The position numbers were made by a program, and so were the translations under genes. From Bacillota bacterium (GTDB taxonomy: Bacteria; Bacillota; DTU025), in the NCBI GenBank assembly GCA_050951805.1, contig JBMNJT010000008.1, forward strand, positions 32,001-96,000: DNA of 64,000 nucleotides, read 5' to 3'. The notes under the pieces are model-generated. The model did no database searches, had not been told where the DNA came from, and saw only the letters and a program-made list of their open reading frames with translations. Of the stretch, positions 62,568-64,000 are shown piece by piece. Within the stretch, counting starts at the first letter, position 1, and each line of letters begins with the position of its first letter.

Positions 62568-64000
62568 ATGCAACCCGGAGATTGGCTATACGCAACAACA
62601 TATCAGACTATGTGCCAAGTAGTCGATGTTCAGGCTCTTTGGGGAGACACGATTTGCCGCATTTGGCTGCCAAATCATAATACCGTTGTGCGCGTCCCTG
62701 CAGATGAACTCAAACCCATGGGCAAGATGACTGTGGAACAGCCGGATCACATCTCGTATGTTGCGGCTGCAACCCGCATTGCTGATTCGCTTTCCAGCGA
62801 TATGCTCCTCGCCCCCATTGAGTCATCAGTCATACCCCTCCCCCATCAGATCCGGGCACTGTCGCGAGCGGTGTCCAATGAACGAGTGCGTTATTTGCTC
62901 GCAGATGAGGTGGGGCTTGGCAAGACAATCGAGGCGGGGCTTATCATGCGCGAGCTGAAACTTCGTGGGAGGGTGGCTCGTACACTCGTAGTTGCTCCAA
63001 AAGGCTTGGTCACACAATGGGTTGCAGAGATGCGCACACACTTCAACGAAGAATTCCGACTTCTGAACCCTAGCAATTTCGCTGCTTACCGTAGCATCGT
63101 CCAAGAAGAGAACATCTGGGGATGCTTTCCTCAGGTGGTTTGCCCTATGGACTCGGTCAAGCCAATCGATAGCCGTAGAGGATGGTCATATGAACAGCTG
63201 GCACAATACAATAGAGAACGATACGAGGACCTTATATCCGCAGGCTGGGACCTTATTATTGTAGACGAAGCTCATCGTCTGGGGGGGAGCACAGACCAAG
63301 TTGCAAGATATAGGCTGGGTCGGGGGCTTGCCGAAGCTGCGCCCTACATGCTCCTTCTTTCTGCAACACCGCATCAGGGGAAAAGCGATGCCTTCCATCG
63401 GCTAGTCAGTCTGCTCGACAAGCGTGCTTTTCCAGATTTGGAGAGCGTTACGAAGGAGCGCGTTCAACCGTACGTTATCCGCACAGAGAAAAGACAGGCC
63501 ATAACCGCTACAGGGGATCCCCTGTTCAAACCGCGCAGGACTCAACTAGAGGTAGTTGCCTGGGGTGACAGACATCGCAAGCAACGCATTCTGTATGATG
63601 CGGTCACAGAGTATGTTCGTGAAGGTTACAATCAGGCAATGCGAGAAAAGCGAAACTACGTTGGGTTTCTCATGATTCTTATGCAGCGCCTGATTGCTTC
63701 AAGCACGAGAGCCATACGGCTTACCCTCGAACGCCGTCTCGAAGCGCTTGAGACTCCAGAAACTCAGCTTTCGCTATTTGAAGATTTGTCACCAGAGGAT
63801 TGGTCTGAGCTTGACGGTGAAGAGCAGCTTGAAATTCTCATCAAGACCAAATTGCAAGCGATCAAGGATGAGCGAACAGAGGTCCTGCGCTTGCTCAGGT
63901 ACGCCAAAGAATGTGATGAGTCTGGCCCTGATGTCAAGGCAGAGGCACTCTTGGATTGGATATATCGTTTGCAGCAAAAAGAAGGGGATCCGAACCTCAA
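62568..64000 (+). CDS. brxHII: SNF2/DEAH helicase BrxHII, partial (runs off the window)
   Basis: Read by hand because it is absent from the ORF track: PLPHQ, LLADEVGLGKT, VDEAH, LSATP. Confidence 0.85.
   Translation, partial: MQPGDWLYATTYQTMCQVVDVQALWGDTICRIWLPNHNTVVRVPADELKPMGKMTVEQPDHISYVAAATRIADSLSSDMLLAPIESSVIPLPHQIRALSRAVSNERVRYLLADEVGLGKTIEAGLIMRELKLRGRVARTLVVAPKGLVTQWVAEMRTHFNEEFRLLNPSNFAAYRSIVQEENIWGCFPQVVCPMDSVKPIDSRRGWSYEQLAQYNRERYEDLISAGWDLIIVDEAHRLGGSTDQVARYRLGRGLAEAAPYMLLLSATPHQGKSDAFHRLVSLLDKRAFPDLESVTKERVQPYVIRTEKRQAITATGDPLFKPRRTQLEVVAWGDRHRKQRILYDAVTEYVREGYNQAMREKRNYVGFLMILMQRLIASSTRAIRLTLERRLEALETPETQLSLFEDLSPEDWSELDGEEQLEILIKTKLQAIKDERTEVLRLLRYAKECDESGPDVKAEALLDWIYRLQQKEGDPNL

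Noticed and set aside
1-64000. CRISPR array, tRNA or rRNA
   Set aside because: No repeat-spacer series, cloverleaf or rRNA signature seen by eye; the 45.5-kb palindromes have 8-bp linkers, not spacers.

Overview
This is bacterial chromosomal DNA. Gene content and ribosome-binding sites suggest an anaerobic Bacillota-like organism (inference). Bases ~1-26400 are metabolic or housekeeping: a ROK-regulated galactose/sugar locus (UroD-like protein, galT, galK, CUT1 ABC transporter, M24-fold hydrolase), deoC, lplA, psuG, a nitroreductase, an M48 peptidase, an ECF sigma/anti-sigma pair, a GH1 glycosidase, mtnA, manA and kbl. Bases ~27000-45000 are a scarred accessory zone. It holds a complete IS21 with a 7-bp target duplication, an IS21 end remnant cut by a dead IS1182-like element, an ABC-2 exporter, tldD/tldE, a truncated AbrB-PIN toxin-antitoxin pair and a multiply frameshifted two-component/FtsX-ABC module. 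From ~45450 to the window end is a defence island. It starts with four regularly spaced 23-bp palindromes upstream of an McrBC-like system, followed by a glycosylase pseudogene cut by a third, diverged IS21 end. It ends with a type 3 BREX locus (brxF, brxC-like, pglXI, brxHII running off the edge). The best novelty candidates are an extra ~1200-aa RecD-like helicase-nuclease coupled into the BREX locus and the palindrome array. All calls come from motif reading only; no database searches were run.
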